NCBI GenBank assembly: GCA_965222375.1
Contig: CBDCTZ010000014.1
Coordinates: 1,248,001-1,312,000 of the forward strand
DNA from: Polyangiaceae bacterium
GTDB lineage: Bacteria; Myxococcota_A; Polyangia; Polyangiales; Polyangiaceae
DNA: 64,000 bases
Direction of reading: 5' to 3'
Shown here: positions 1-10,098 of the stretch, one piece after another
Position numbering within the stretch: the stretch's first letter is position 1
How the letters are laid out: each line of letters opens with the position of its first letter
Position numbers and translations under genes: made by a program
The notes under the pieces: generated by a model
The model's database searches: none
What the model was told of the DNA's origin: nothing
The model's input: the letters and a program-made list of their open reading frames with translations, nothing else

Positions 1-564
1 CCCCGCTTCGGTTTGCGCGATCCGGCGGGCGGCTTTGGCCACGCCGAAGTCCAAAACTCGGGGGATTCCGTCCACCCCCACGAGTATGTTCTGCGGCGAA
101 AAGTCTCGATGCACGATATTCAGAGCCTTGCCGCGCTCATCCACAGCCGTATGTGCGGCATGCAAGCCGTACAGCGCTCCGCTCATCACGCCACTAACAA
201 TTGCAGGCTCTATGAGCTGCTTGCTCTTTCGCGTGAAGCGTATCAGGTGGGAGAGCGAATCGCCCTCCACGTAGTCCATGATCAGGAAGATTTCGCCTTC
301 GGTGGCGACGACGTCCAATGTGGGCACGACGTTCGGGTGACTAATGCCGGCGGCCAGGCGAGCTTCGTCCAGCAACATCGCTGAGAACTCCGGATCCGTG
401 GCCAAGTGCGGGTGCAGTTTCTTGATCGCCACGACCCGGGCGAAGCCCACCTCCCCCAGCAGGCGACCGAGGTGGATCGTGGCCATCCCGCCTGAAGCGA
501 TGGAATCGTACAGTTCGTAGCGCCCCACGACGCGGCGCTTGGATGCGGCCGGCACTGTTGGCAT
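1..564 (-). CDS. Ser/Thr protein kinase (Hanks type), N-terminal part; runs off the window edge
   Basis: Not in the ORF track (no stop in window). Manual translation from ATG 564 gives GRYELYDSIASGGMATIHLG, VVAIK, HPNVV, IVHRDFSPQNILVG and VLDFGVAKA. Confidence 0.93.
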   Translation of the reverse strand, partial: MPTVPAASKRRVVGRYELYDSIASGGMATIHLGRLLGEVGFARVVAIKKLHPHLATDPEFSAMLLDEARLAAGISHPNVVPTLDVVATEGEIFLIMDYVEGDSLSHLIRFTRKSKQLIEPAIVSGVMSGALYGLHAAHTAVDERGKALNIVHRDFSPQNILVGVDGIPRVLDFGVAKAARRIAQTEAG

Positions 565-744
565 CGTAGCGCTCCGGGCCCGATAAGGGGAGTTGCCCGC
601 AGCGGGCTGGCGGCTGCGCCGACATTCTCCGGCGATAGCGCGCGTAAGTTCTCAAAATTATGCGACAAATTTTCCCAACGCCAACTGCGCTTGCCGGGGA
701 GCCCGTTTGCCCCAATATCCTCCGGTGAAAGAGCAGACGACGAA

Positions 745-1452
745 ATGAGCCAAAGCTACCAACCCTACCCAGTCGCGCGCCGTGGTGTCGGACAGACCCT
801 CGTGGACCGCCGTGCCAAGTTCATCACGCGCACCTACAACCATCTCTTCCTCGCAATCCTCGCCTTTGCCGGCATCGAGTGGGCACTGTTCGAGTCGGGC
901 GCTGCGCCCGTCATTGCGGCGGGGTTGACGAGCACCAATTGGCTGCTCGTGCTGGGTGGGTTCATGGTCGTGGGCTGGCTCGCCAGCCGCGTCGCGCAGA
1001 GCGCGGTTTCCAAGACGGCTCAGTATCTTGCGTTGGCGGGCTTCGTTGCCGCCCACGCGGTGCTTTTCGTGCCACTTCTCGTGGTGGCCGATCAACGAGC
1101 ACCCGGCGCAATTCAGAGTGCCGGGATCGTGACGATGGTGGGATTTGCCGGCCTGACGGCGATTGCCTTCTTCACTCGCAAGGACTTCTCGTTCCTTGGA
1201 GGTATCCTGCGTTGGGCGGGACTGTGTGCCCTGCTACTGATCGCAGCGAGCGTGCTTTTTGACATGCAACTGGGCGCGTTCTTCAGTGTTGCTATGGTGG
1301 CCTTCGCCGGTGCCGCCATTCTGCATGACACATCCAACGTGCTGCGCCACTTTCCCGAAGACCGCTACGTGGCGGCGGCGCTGCAATTGTTCGCATCCGT
1401 GGCCTTGATGTTCTGGTACGTGCTGCGGTTGTTCATTGGCAGCCGCGACTGA
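745..1452 (+). CDS. Bax inhibitor-1/YccA family membrane protein
   Basis: About 7 hydrophobic segments; FITRTYNHL, RKDFSFLGGIL, ILHDTSNV, YVAAALQLFASVALMFWYVLRL. Confidence 0.9.
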   Translation: MSQSYQPYPVARRGVGQTLVDRRAKFITRTYNHLFLAILAFAGIEWALFESGAAPVIAAGLTSTNWLLVLGGFMVVGWLASRVAQSAVSKTAQYLALAGFVAAHAVLFVPLLVVADQRAPGAIQSAGIVTMVGFAGLTAIAFFTRKDFSFLGGILRWAGLCALLLIAASVLFDMQLGAFFSVAMVAFAGAAILHDTSNVLRHFPEDRYVAAALQLFASVALMFWYVLRLFIGSRD

Positions 1453-1474
1453 GGCAGCCGCGACTGAGGCAGCC
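1438..1474. repeat. 15-bp tandem duplication GGCAGCCGCGACTGA (about 2.5 copies) of the 3' end of the YccA-family gene, including its stop codon
   Basis: Units at 1438-1452 and 1453-1467, partial copy at 1468-1474. Confidence 0.9.
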
Positions 1475-1586
1475 TCGGGCACTTCGGCCGCGTCGAGAGC
1501 GTGATAGAGTCTCCGCGCGTTCCAGGAGAGCCCACGCCGCACTCCGCGTACGGCAACGGGGGGAGTGCGTAGACCAGGAGGCAGCG

Positions 1587-2633
1587 ATGGCCAACGAGCG
1601 GGGTAAGGATGACGCCAACGACCAGGATGCGGAGCTGCGCGACGACGAAGATGAACGTTTCGACGCTGAAGAAAACGCCAGGGCTGACGCTGAAGCGCTG
1701 ACGGAGTCTCAGCGCGCCGCGGCGCTCGCGAGTAGCAAGGACGACGATTTGGATGACGAAGACGATCGCAAGGAAGACGAGCGCGACGACGAAGAAGACG
1801 AGGAAGAAGACGACGACGACTACGAGGACGAGCGGTCGGACGCCCGGGAAAACGAGAGAGCCCACGCAGAGAATGGGGACGACGACGAGGATGCCGCATC
1901 CGGGGACGATGACGCCAGTGAGGACGCGGACGATGACGAGGACGCCGCTTCCGGGGACGACGCCGACGAGGACGAGAACGACGACGAGGCGCCGCCCAAG
2001 GCCAAGCGCGCGGCCAAGACGCGGAAACGCTCCACGGGCCGGTCTCGCCCGGCCCGGGAAGCACCTGCGGCACCGGAATCATCCAATGGCTTGGTTTGGC
2101 TTGCCGTCGGTGCGGCGGTTCTGCTGGGTGGATGGTGGTTGCTAAAGGGTCGCGACCCGGCGCCGGCGGAGACGACGGCCCCCAGCGCCCAGGTTCGATC
2201 CGAACCCGCATCTACGCCGGCACCGCCGGCGCCACCCGAGCCAGAACCGACGACGCCGCCCGTGGAGCCCGAACCCGCGACTCCCGAGCCGAGCGCACCC
2301 GAGCCCGCACCCTCTGCTTCGGCACCCCCGGCTGAGCAGGCGGAGCCCGCGCCGGGTGGGGGTGGGAGCTTTGATCGCGCCGTTGCGTTGCGAGCCTTGG
2401 CGGAGGCGTCCAAGAGTGCAGCGCGTTGTCGAATGGCGGGTGCGCCGTCCGGCGCTGTTCGTGTCAGCGTGAGTTTCGGACCCAGTGGAGCGCCCGAGAC
2501 CGTGAAGGTGACCCACGCGCCCTACGCGGGAACCCAGACCGCAAAGTGCATACAAGACAAACTCAAGGCCGCACGCATGGACGCGTTCAGTGGGAGCGCC
2601 CAGACCATCATCACGAGCGTACAGGTCTATTGA
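1587..2633 (+). CDS. Bitopic membrane protein: Asp/Glu-rich N-terminus, TM helix, Pro-rich linker, C-terminal TonB-C/AgmX-like domain
   Basis: AGGAGG SD upstream; acidic tract; [21 protein letters not shown]-terminal [32 protein letters not shown], paralogous to the C-terminus of 37165-39483. Confidence 0.8.
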   Translation: MANERGKDDANDQDAELRDDEDERFDAEENARADAEALTESQRAAALASSKDDDLDDEDDRKEDERDDEEDEEEDDDDYEDERSDARENERAHAENGDDDEDAASGDDDASEDADDDEDAASGDDADEDENDDEAPPKAKRAAKTRKRSTGRSRPAREAPAAPESSNGLVWLAVGAAVLLGGWWLLKGRDPAPAETTAPSAQVRSEPASTPAPPAPPEPEPTTPPVEPEPATPEPSAPEPAPSASAPPAEQAEPAPGGGGSFDRAVALRALAEASKSAARCRMAGAPSGAVRVSVSFGPSGAPETVKVTHAPYAGTQTAKCIQDKLKAARMDAFSGSAQTIITSVQVY

Positions 2634-2674
2634 GCGCGGTAACCAAGTCCTCGGCTGGGGCGTATGTGTTTCGT

Positions 2675-3205
2675 ATGACCTCGAGGCGACAATTCTGCTC
2701 GGTGCTGCTCGGAGGCGCCCTAACCTTGGCCTGTAGCCGCGGCGAGCAGGGCGACACGGCCGCCAGCCCGCCGGCGCGCAAGCCTCGGCGTGGCAGACTG
2801 AGGGACGAAGAAATGCCCAAAACCGAAGCGGAGTGGAAAGCCAAGCTGACGCCAGAGCAGTACCGCGTGCTGCGTGAGAAAGGCACCGAGCGTGCTTTCA
2901 GCGGGGCCTACTGGAACGAGAAACGTTCGGGCACCTACCGCTGTGCTGGCTGCGGCCAACCTTTGTTCAAGTCATCGGACAAGTTCGAATCTGGGACGGG
3001 GTGGCCCAGCTTCACTCAGCCCACCACAGCGGAGAACGTGGCTACGGAAAAGGACCGCAGCCTATTCATGGCGCGCATAGAGGTTCTATGCAGTCGCTGC
3101 GGCGGCCACTTGGGGCACGTTTTCGACGACGGGCCCAACCCTACGGGCAAACGCTACTGCATCAACAGTGCGGCGCTCGAGCTGGAAGCCGAGCCTGAGA
3201 AGTAG
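2675..3205 (+). CDS. msrB: Peptide-methionine (R)-S-oxide reductase MsrB with Tat/lipoprotein signal
   Basis: [59 protein letters not shown]-terminus SRRQF...LTLAC. Confidence 0.95.
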   Translation: MTSRRQFCSVLLGGALTLACSRGEQGDTAASPPARKPRRGRLRDEEMPKTEAEWKAKLTPEQYRVLREKGTERAFSGAYWNEKRSGTYRCAGCGQPLFKSSDKFESGTGWPSFTQPTTAENVATEKDRSLFMARIEVLCSRCGGHLGHVFDDGPNPTGKRYCINSAALELEAEPEK

Positions 3206-5149
3206 TCAGCGGCTCGGCGCAAGCCTGCGTACGCTGCGGGCTTCAGGCAGGAGCTCTTCTAGGGCGCTGAGCATGGCCTTGCCGGTGAAGGGCTTGGACA
3301 GGAAGCCCTTGCTGTCGCTGTCCAAGGCTCGCGGGTCGAGATCGGCCGGATAACCGGAAACGAACAACACGGGCAGATCCGGCCGCTGCAAAGCGATTCG
3401 GCGCGACAGTTCTGGCCCTCCGAGCAGCGGCATGACGACATCGGTCACCACGACATCGAAACGCTCGGGCTCGGTCTCGAACAGGCGAATCGCTACGTCG
3501 CCGTTTTCCGCTTCCACGACTTCATAGCCGGCGTTCGACAGGGTGCTTGCCATCAAGCGGCGCAGTGCTGGCTCGTCCTCTGCCAAGAGCACGGTGCCGG
3601 AAGCCGTAGGCGCGAGTTCCTCAGAGGGCTGTGCCGAATCGGGCTCGGCTCCGGCGCACGCCGGCAGCAAGATCGTGAAGGTCGTCCCTTGCCCGAGACG
3701 ACTGTGGACCGAGATCTTGCCGCCGACGGCTTCCACGATGTTCTTACAGGTGGCCAAACCAAACCCTGTGCCCCCTTGGCTTTCCTTTGTCGTGAAGAGC
3801 GGGTCGAAGATGCTCGGGAGGTGCTCCGGAGCGATCCCGGTTCCGGTGTCTGTGACAGATACCTCTACGGCGCCGGTGCGGGTATACTCCGCGCCGACAG
3901 CGCGGCCGTCGGCAGGCGCGACGCGAATCGTGATCCGGCCCCGGTCCACGATGGCGTCTCGGGCATTGACGACTAGATTCACCAGAGCTTGTTGGAACCG
4001 TCCCGAGTTGACCTCCGCCAGGGGGACATGGGGCTCCACGACGGCGGCAAGCTCGACGTTTTCCCCAATCAGGCGTCTCAGGAAACGATCCGTGCGTAGC
4101 ACCATCTCCCCAATGTCCACGGGCTCGCGTACCGAGATGCTCTTGCGAGAGAGGCTCAGAAGATCCTGCGTGAGGTCCGAGGCACGACGCGTGGCGTTGC
4201 CGATTTCGCGCACGCTCTCCATCGCCGGGTGTTCGGCGGACAGCTGCCGCTCTGCCAACTCCACGTAGCCTAGCACTACGGTCAAGATGTTGTTGAAATC
4301 ATGCGCGACCCCACCGGCGAGTTGACCAATGGCCTCCATCCTTTCGGAGCGCGCCAAGCGTTCCTCCAGCTGGCGTCGATCCGTGACGTCGACGATGATC
4401 GAGTGCAGTAGCTGTTCGCCTGCCACATTGATGGGCCCGCTGTAGACCTCGACGTCACGGATCTGCCCATCCGCAAGTCGGTGCTTGAAATTGAAGAACA
4501 ACCGGCGCTCGGTGCGAGCGAGCTGCATCTCTCGCCGGACTTCCGCTTCCGGCAGCGTATTGATCTCCTGAATGCGCAGTGACTGGAGTTCATCCAGGGA
4601 GTATCCGTAGAACTGTAGCGCCGAAGCATTCGCATCCACCACCGCGCCAGTTTCCGGGTTGATCACGAGTTTGACTGCCGGGTTGGTGTCGAAGATGGAT
4701 CGGTAGCGATGCTCGCTCTCTGCCAGGGCGTGAATTGCTTCAACCTGCACCGTCACGTCGATGCCCTCGACAATGACGCCGGCAACGATGTCATTGTCGT
4801 TGCGAAAGGGAGCCAGGCTGAGTTCCACATGGCCCTGCTTTGAGTCAGCAGCATCAATCGACACCTGAAGCGTTTCTGTGGGACCCTTCTGTACCTTTTC
4901 CACCGCGCCTGCCAATTGGGTCTGCAATTCGGCGCGCCCGCCAAAACAGGGCAGCTCCCACAGCGGCCGCCCGAGCAGTCGCGGTTTTTCGTCTCCGAAG
5001 AGGCTCTCGGCTGCAGCGTTCAGGGTGAGCACTCGCCCAGTCAGGTCCAGAACGCCCAAAGCGTGGCGCGTTTGATTCAGGAATCCGCTGAACGAGATGG
5101 GAACCGCGGTCGACTGCGTCCCCCCTTCTTCGGGCAAGTCTTCCTTCAC
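3206..5149 (-). CDS. Hybrid sensor histidine kinase (2 PAS, HisKA, HATPase, receiver)
   Basis: GGVAHDFNN H-box, NLVVNARDA, DTGTGI, FDPLFTTK, GTGFGL; receiver LAEDE..TDVVMP..SGY..KPF. Confidence 0.95.
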   Translation of the reverse strand: MKEDLPEEGGTQSTAVPISFSGFLNQTRHALGVLDLTGRVLTLNAAAESLFGDEKPRLLGRPLWELPCFGGRAELQTQLAGAVEKVQKGPTETLQVSIDAADSKQGHVELSLAPFRNDNDIVAGVIVEGIDVTVQVEAIHALAESEHRYRSIFDTNPAVKLVINPETGAVVDANASALQFYGYSLDELQSLRIQEINTLPEAEVRREMQLARTERRLFFNFKHRLADGQIRDVEVYSGPINVAGEQLLHSIIVDVTDRRQLEERLARSERMEAIGQLAGGVAHDFNNILTVVLGYVELAERQLSAEHPAMESVREIGNATRRASDLTQDLLSLSRKSISVREPVDIGEMVLRTDRFLRRLIGENVELAAVVEPHVPLAEVNSGRFQQALVNLVVNARDAIVDRGRITIRVAPADGRAVGAEYTRTGAVEVSVTDTGTGIAPEHLPSIFDPLFTTKESQGGTGFGLATCKNIVEAVGGKISVHSRLGQGTTFTILLPACAGAEPDSAQPSEELAPTASGTVLLAEDEPALRRLMASTLSNAGYEVVEAENGDVAIRLFETEPERFDVVVTDVVMPLLGGPELSRRIALQRPDLPVLFVSGYPADLDPRALDSDSKGFLSKPFTGKAMLSALEELLPEARSVRRLAPSR

Positions 5150-5211
5150 GCACTTCTCCTAGCGCGTGAGGCACGACAGCACAATGCGGTCACTGCGACT
5201 ACAACGCGCGC

Positions 5212-8200
5212 TCAGTCCGTTAGTAGTTTGGCGGCGAGTTCCAAGGTTTCTTCTATGATTGGCAGTTCCAGGTACGCTGTCTGCTTGCCTGCCTTAGCGG
5301 CGTGCTGCGTGAGAATCGCGTCTCGAGCGCGGCGGATGGTACCTTGCGCGAGTTCAGATTGGCCCGCTGCGAGCTGTGCTTCCGCTAGGGCGAGGCTCGT
5401 CCACTCGGCGCCTTCCACAACGGCGCCAGAAGAGGCGGCTAAGGCGGCCGACTCGGTTGCCTCTTCGAGGGCGCGGTCAATCCGACCTTGGGCGAGTAGG
5501 GCGCGCGCCAGGGCTGCCTTGCTCATGGGCAGCAAGCCGGTATGCGCCTGGGCGAGTTCGGTGGCCAGCTCCGCATGCTCCGCGCTGGACCGGCTATCGC
5601 CAAGTTTCAGGGCAATCAGGGCGGCATAGACTCGGGCCACGGCTTCGAGGCTAGGGGAGTCCAGGGACTGCGCTCGACTGATTCCCCGAGAGGCGGTCTG
5701 CTGCGCAGTTGCCAGGTCGCCGGCGCAGAGCAGCGCGTAGGCGAGGTTGGTCGTCGCTTGCGCCTCCGTCCGTGCCAGCCCGAGGGCGGTGGCTTTTCGC
5801 TCGGCCTCGAGGAGTACTTCGATGGCACGCTGAAACTGGCCGACTTGTGCCATTCCGAAGCCGAGATTCATCCCGAAGATGCAGGCGCTGCGTGCGTCGC
5901 CCAGCGCACGCATGGCGTTACACGCGTTTTCTGTCGCCTGAACATAGGTGGCGATGTCGTGGTCCACGTGCGCACGTAGGGATCGAAACACCGAGAGCCA
6001 GGCCCGAACCTGAAGATCCGAAGCGGCATCCATCGTCAGGTCGCTCAACCGCGGAGCCAACCACGTGTCGACGTCTGCGACCGGCACACCCTCGAGAAGG
6101 GCCGTCGCGACCCTGAGCAGGTTGACCGACCAGATCGACCTCCTCTCGTCGGTGAGCCCCATCGACAGCGCTTTGGCCGCAGTGAACGCTTCCGTGAATC
6201 GTCCGAGTTGTGCCGCGGCGAGAATGAACTCTCGCTGGGCGGTAGAGTAGTCCTCGCTCGTTGGCTTCAGTAGCTGTAGCGCGTCTTGCGCCGACTTGCG
6301 CGCAGACTCTGCTCTGCCGAGGGAGCGATGAGCCTCCGCTTGCAGCGCGAGCAAGGCGCCCTCCAGTTCGGGCAATGCCGGGGCCCCCAGCGCGAGGGCT
6401 ACGTGTTCCAACGCACGCTCGTGGGCGCCCGCGGAGAGCGCGAGCCCTGCAGACTCCCGGTACAAGGGTGCTGCTCTCTCGGGTTTGCCTCCCCTCCGGA
6501 AGTGCTCCGCAACGGTGAATGGATCGCGTCGTTGTCGCTGCTGCAACCACTCGGCGGCAAGTCGGTTTCCGAGCTGGCGATCCTCTTCTGTCAGCATGGC
6601 GTAGGCTGCGTCACGCACCAATGCGTGCCGGAAGCGAAGTTGGCCGCTGCTGTCACCTGCATGGTGCGTCAGGATTTCCTTGTTTTCGAGTTCGGCCAAG
6701 ATGCTGGCGTAAGGGAGATGGCCGGCATCCACACCAAGTAGTGCGAGAGCGCCCTCGGCTTCGAACCGCTCTCCAAATACGCTTGCCGCGCGCAACACAC
6801 GTTTGGGGTCCTTGCCCAGACCGTCCAACCGCGATTGCACCAGTCCTACTATGGTGTCCGGCAGCTCTTGGCGACCTTCCGCCGTGGCGCGTAACAGTTC
6901 CTCCAGGCAGAAGGCATTGCCCTCGGCCCGGGTGACGATGGTGGCGAGGTTTTCCGGGCTCACCCCGCTGCCGAGCACCGAACGAACGATTCGCTGGGCG
7001 GCCTTGTTGCTGAGGGGAGCCAGTCGGAGTTCGAGAAGGTTGCGATGTTGCCATAGGTTGGGGAATCGTTCCCTTACCTCTGGCCTCGCCGTTGCCAGAA
7101 CTGCCAGAGGGGCGTCTTGGAGCTGGCGAAGCAGGGTGTCCACCAACGCAACACTTGCCGAGTCTGCCCAGTGAAGGTCCTCCAATACGATTGTGAGCGG
7201 GTCACGCCGACACTGCGCCGCGATCACATTGCAGATGGCTCGGAACTGGCTGTCGGCCATCAGCCGCGCGTCCCGCAGCGAAGCGCTCAGCAGGGGATGA
7301 CTAGCTTCGTCTGCATCGAGCAAGTTTGAAAGCAGCGCGAGGGTCTCCCGCCAGCGCGAGTCCTTCCTCATCAGTGCGCGCACTTCTCGCTCGAGGAGCG
7401 CAGCTCTGACGGTACCGGGGTCTGCATTGCGCACGCGGAGGCCGTCGAGCAGTAGTTGGCGCACGACTGATAGCGCCGAACCGGCGTCCATGGGGTCGCA
7501 GCGCGCGAACCAAACCTGCGCTGTCGACTCTGCCGCGCCTGCACCGGTGAGATACTCACGAACCAGGCGCGACTTGCCACTGCCCGCTGGGCCGGAGACT
7601 AGCGCCGCGCGACAATTCTCTTCCTCAGCAACTTCCGCGGTCAACGCGGAAAGGGTGGCGAGTTCGTGTCGGCGGCCAACGAAAGGAACAGCTCGGTTGA
7701 GCACCCGACGCTCGCCATGGTGGTCGTGGCTGCCTTCGAGTAGATGGTGGCCATCGGCTTGTCGCAACTTGTACCCGGAACTCATCAAGTCGCGGGTGGT
7801 CGCGTCGACGCGGATCTCGCCCGGCTTTGCGCCGACGAGGGCGTCGACGCCGCGATCAATGACCACGCCTACTGGAACCACGTTTCCGACGACCCCAAAT
7901 CCCGTTGATAGCGCCAACATGGCATTGGGCTCTTGGGTTTGCAGGGCGAGGGCAGCTCGTGCCGCCCGGGCGGCATGATCTGTGGGTGCGCCCTGGCCAG
8001 CAATCGTGACCACCAACACGCCGTTTGCCAGGAAGTGGATTTGCGCGCCGAGCATCTCGGCCATGGCATGCAACGCATGCGTGGGTGCGCTGGTGTCATT
8101 GGTATCGCTGGCCGCCACGGTCGCGTCGGGATCCCGAAGGCCCCTCGCCAGCACCACGGACAACAAGCGTTGCTCCTGCTGCGTGATGCCCGTTGGCGGT

Positions 8201-9063
8201 ACGCTTCGCGGGCGCACGGGTAATTCGGCCGGGTCGCCCAACTCCGAGAGCTCTGCGAGGAGGTCTTGGGCCGTCTGCGGCCGTCGCGCGGGAGACTTGC
8301 TCAGAAGCCGCAGCACGAGGTCGTCCAACGCTGCCGGTACCTTCGCGTTGATCGTGCTCGGTGGTGGCGGGTCTTCGAGCAGGATCTTCGCCAGAATGCC
8401 GGTCTGTTGTCGCGCGTGAAACGCTTTGCGCCCAGTGAGGCACTCAAAGCTGACGCACCCGAGGGAGAAGAGATCGGTTCTGGAATCGAGGCTGCCCTGT
8501 GCCATGGCTTGCTCTGGCGACATGTAGGCCCAAGTTCCCACGACCTCCCCGGTGGCCGTGACTTCGTCCATGCCGCTGGCGTGACGCGCAATTCCGAAGT
8601 CCAGCACCGTTACCCGGGAAGGCTCCCCATCCACCAAGAAGAGGTTGCTGGGTTTGACATCGCGATGCACGACGCCAGCCGTGTGGGCCGTTTCGAGGGC
8701 GCTGGCGACCCGCTCGGTGACGGAAAGACAATCAGGGAGGCTGAGGGGGCCAGCTCGAAGCCGCTTGGAGAGGGGCTCGCCATCCAACCAGTCCATGGCG
8801 AGCCAGGGCTGCCCTTGCTCGCTCACTCCATGGTCTATGTATTGAACGATGGCGGGATGTTGCAGCGAGGACAGGACGAGGGCTTCGCGCTCGAAACGCT
8901 CCGCGGCGTCTGGGCGTTGCGCTGTCATCAGTTTGATGGCCACGTCGCGTTGGCGCTTTGCGTCCCGAGCGCGAAACACTGCACCCATGCCTCCGCGAGC
9001 CACTTCTTGCAGCAGCGAGAACCTATCGTTGAGGGTGGAGGGCGCGTTCACCGAACCGGCCAT
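5212..9063 (-). CDS. Ser/Thr kinase, degenerate cyclase-like region, AAA/STAND ATPase, TPR-like helical repeats
   Basis: RGGMG, VAIK, HRDVKPSN, DFG, GTWAYMSPE; PFVGRRHEL, Walker A GPAGSGKS, Walker B IVLEDLHWAD, GNAFCLEEL, FRHALVRDAAY. Confidence 0.93.
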   Translation of the reverse strand: MAGSVNAPSTLNDRFSLLQEVARGGMGAVFRARDAKRQRDVAIKLMTAQRPDAAERFEREALVLSSLQHPAIVQYIDHGVSEQGQPWLAMDWLDGEPLSKRLRAGPLSLPDCLSVTERVASALETAHTAGVVHRDVKPSNLFLVDGEPSRVTVLDFGIARHASGMDEVTATGEVVGTWAYMSPEQAMAQGSLDSRTDLFSLGCVSFECLTGRKAFHARQQTGILAKILLEDPPPPSTINAKVPAALDDLVLRLLSKSPARRPQTAQDLLAELSELGDPAELPVRPRSVPPTGITQQEQRLLSVVLARGLRDPDATVAASDTNDTSAPTHALHAMAEMLGAQIHFLANGVLVVTIAGQGAPTDHAARAARAALALQTQEPNAMLALSTGFGVVGNVVPVGVVIDRGVDALVGAKPGEIRVDATTRDLMSSGYKLRQADGHHLLEGSHDHHGERRVLNRAVPFVGRRHELATLSALTAEVAEEENCRAALVSGPAGSGKSRLVREYLTGAGAAESTAQVWFARCDPMDAGSALSVVRQLLLDGLRVRNADPGTVRAALLEREVRALMRKDSRWRETLALLSNLLDADEASHPLLSASLRDARLMADSQFRAICNVIAAQCRRDPLTIVLEDLHWADSASVALVDTLLRQLQDAPLAVLATARPEVRERFPNLWQHRNLLELRLAPLSNKAAQRIVRSVLGSGVSPENLATIVTRAEGNAFCLEELLRATAEGRQELPDTIVGLVQSRLDGLGKDPKRVLRAASVFGERFEAEGALALLGVDAGHLPYASILAELENKEILTHHAGDSSGQLRFRHALVRDAAYAMLTEEDRQLGNRLAAEWLQQRQRRDPFTVAEHFRRGGKPERAAPLYRESAGLALSAGAHERALEHVALALGAPALPELEGALLALQAEAHRSLGRAESARKSAQDALQLLKPTSEDYSTAQREFILAAAQLGRFTEAFTAAKALSMGLTDERRSIWSVNLLRVATALLEGVPVADVDTWLAPRLSDLTMDAASDLQVRAWLSVFRSLRAHVDHDIATYVQATENACNAMRALGDARSACIFGMNLGFGMAQVGQFQRAIEVLLEAERKATALGLARTEAQATTNLAYALLCAGDLATAQQTASRGISRAQSLDSPSLEAVARVYAALIALKLGDSRSSAEHAELATELAQAHTGLLPMSKAALARALLAQGRIDRALEEATESAALAASSGAVVEGAEWTSLALAEAQLAAGQSELAQGTIRRARDAILTQHAAKAGKQTAYLELPIIEETLELAAKLLTD

Positions 9064-9103
9064 GATGTCAGCCGCGGCCCTGCGCTACAAGCAGCACCCG
9101 GGC

Positions 9104-9949
9104 TCAGGGCAGCTCGAGGGCGACGATCAACGCGCAGCGGGAGGCTTCGTCGCCAGAGGCGTCCGCGGTCTTCTTCTTCATCTCCGCTTGGTACTCGACG
9201 AGCTGACGGCGGTCGAAGCGGTCTACATGCCGGAGAACGAAAGCCAGCTCCCGTGTGAGATCTAGGGACAACGGTCGACCCGTGGCCGCGTGCATTTCGA
9301 CCATGCGGTCGACCCATACGCCGTCCTTGGTTGCGGCAGCTAGTTTTAGACAGTAGCGCCCCGCGACATCGAGCAAGTCGTCCCCAAGCGGGACGGACCT
9401 CTGTGCCCCGCGCACCACGCTAGTGATGTGTCCCGAAAGCAAGCGGGCGGCGCCTTTCCCGTCGCCGCGAGCCAGGAGCTGGTCAGCCAAACGACCGAAC
9501 AGCTCGAAAGCGTCAGTCTTTGTGGTATCAACCCGGGCATTGCTACTGCGCCTTACAGCCGCTACGCGCACGCCCGATGCAGGTGGGACGCTGCTGTTGC
9601 GCTGCGCCGGCACGGTGTCTGAAATCACCCGAGTACTGACGTCCCCAGGATTGGCGAAGACGGTGAGTTCGCACCCGCCGATCAGGATTCGATCGCCGAC
9701 TTGAAGATTCGTGGGCCGATACAGCCGAGTTTCATTCAAGAAAACACCGTTAGCGCTGCCCAGGTCTTCAAGCAGCGCGCCGCGGTCATGGACTGTTATG
9801 CGCGCGTGGGTTCGTGATACCAGATCGTCCTGGATCACGAAGTGGCAGCCGCTGTCGCGGCCGATGAGGTGCTCCCCCCTCCTGAGTGGAACTAGTCGCC
9901 CCTGATGACGTAGGCTGTACGATCGCTGGGCGCTTTGCGGCGCGTTCAT
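9104..9949 (-). CDS. FHA domain-containing protein
   Basis: IGRDSGC..VSRTHARI..EDLGSANGVFLN..GDRILIG; helical C-terminal domain. Confidence 0.92.
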   Translation of the reverse strand: MNAPQSAQRSYSLRHQGRLVPLRRGEHLIGRDSGCHFVIQDDLVSRTHARITVHDRGALLEDLGSANGVFLNETRLYRPTNLQVGDRILIGGCELTVFANPGDVSTRVISDTVPAQRNSSVPPASGVRVAAVRRSSNARVDTTKTDAFELFGRLADQLLARGDGKGAARLLSGHITSVVRGAQRSVPLGDDLLDVAGRYCLKLAAATKDGVWVDRMVEMHAATGRPLSLDLTRELAFVLRHVDRFDRRQLVEYQAEMKKKTADASGDEASRCALIVALELP

Positions 9950-10098
9950 CTCGACTCCCCGGCGCGGAAGCTAGCACAGTTCTTCGGCCGTGCCGGACCC
10001 TTGAGAAATGGCTGTATTTACGGCGCATTGGCGACGCCGTCGGCAGAAGTGGCGGTGGTGGTTGGCGGTTGCCCTGCCGTTGTCGGATACTAGTTGCA

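Noticed and set aside
13..384. Plus-strand ORFs at the window start
   Set aside because: Antisense to a clear Ser/Thr kinase running off the window edge on the minus strand.
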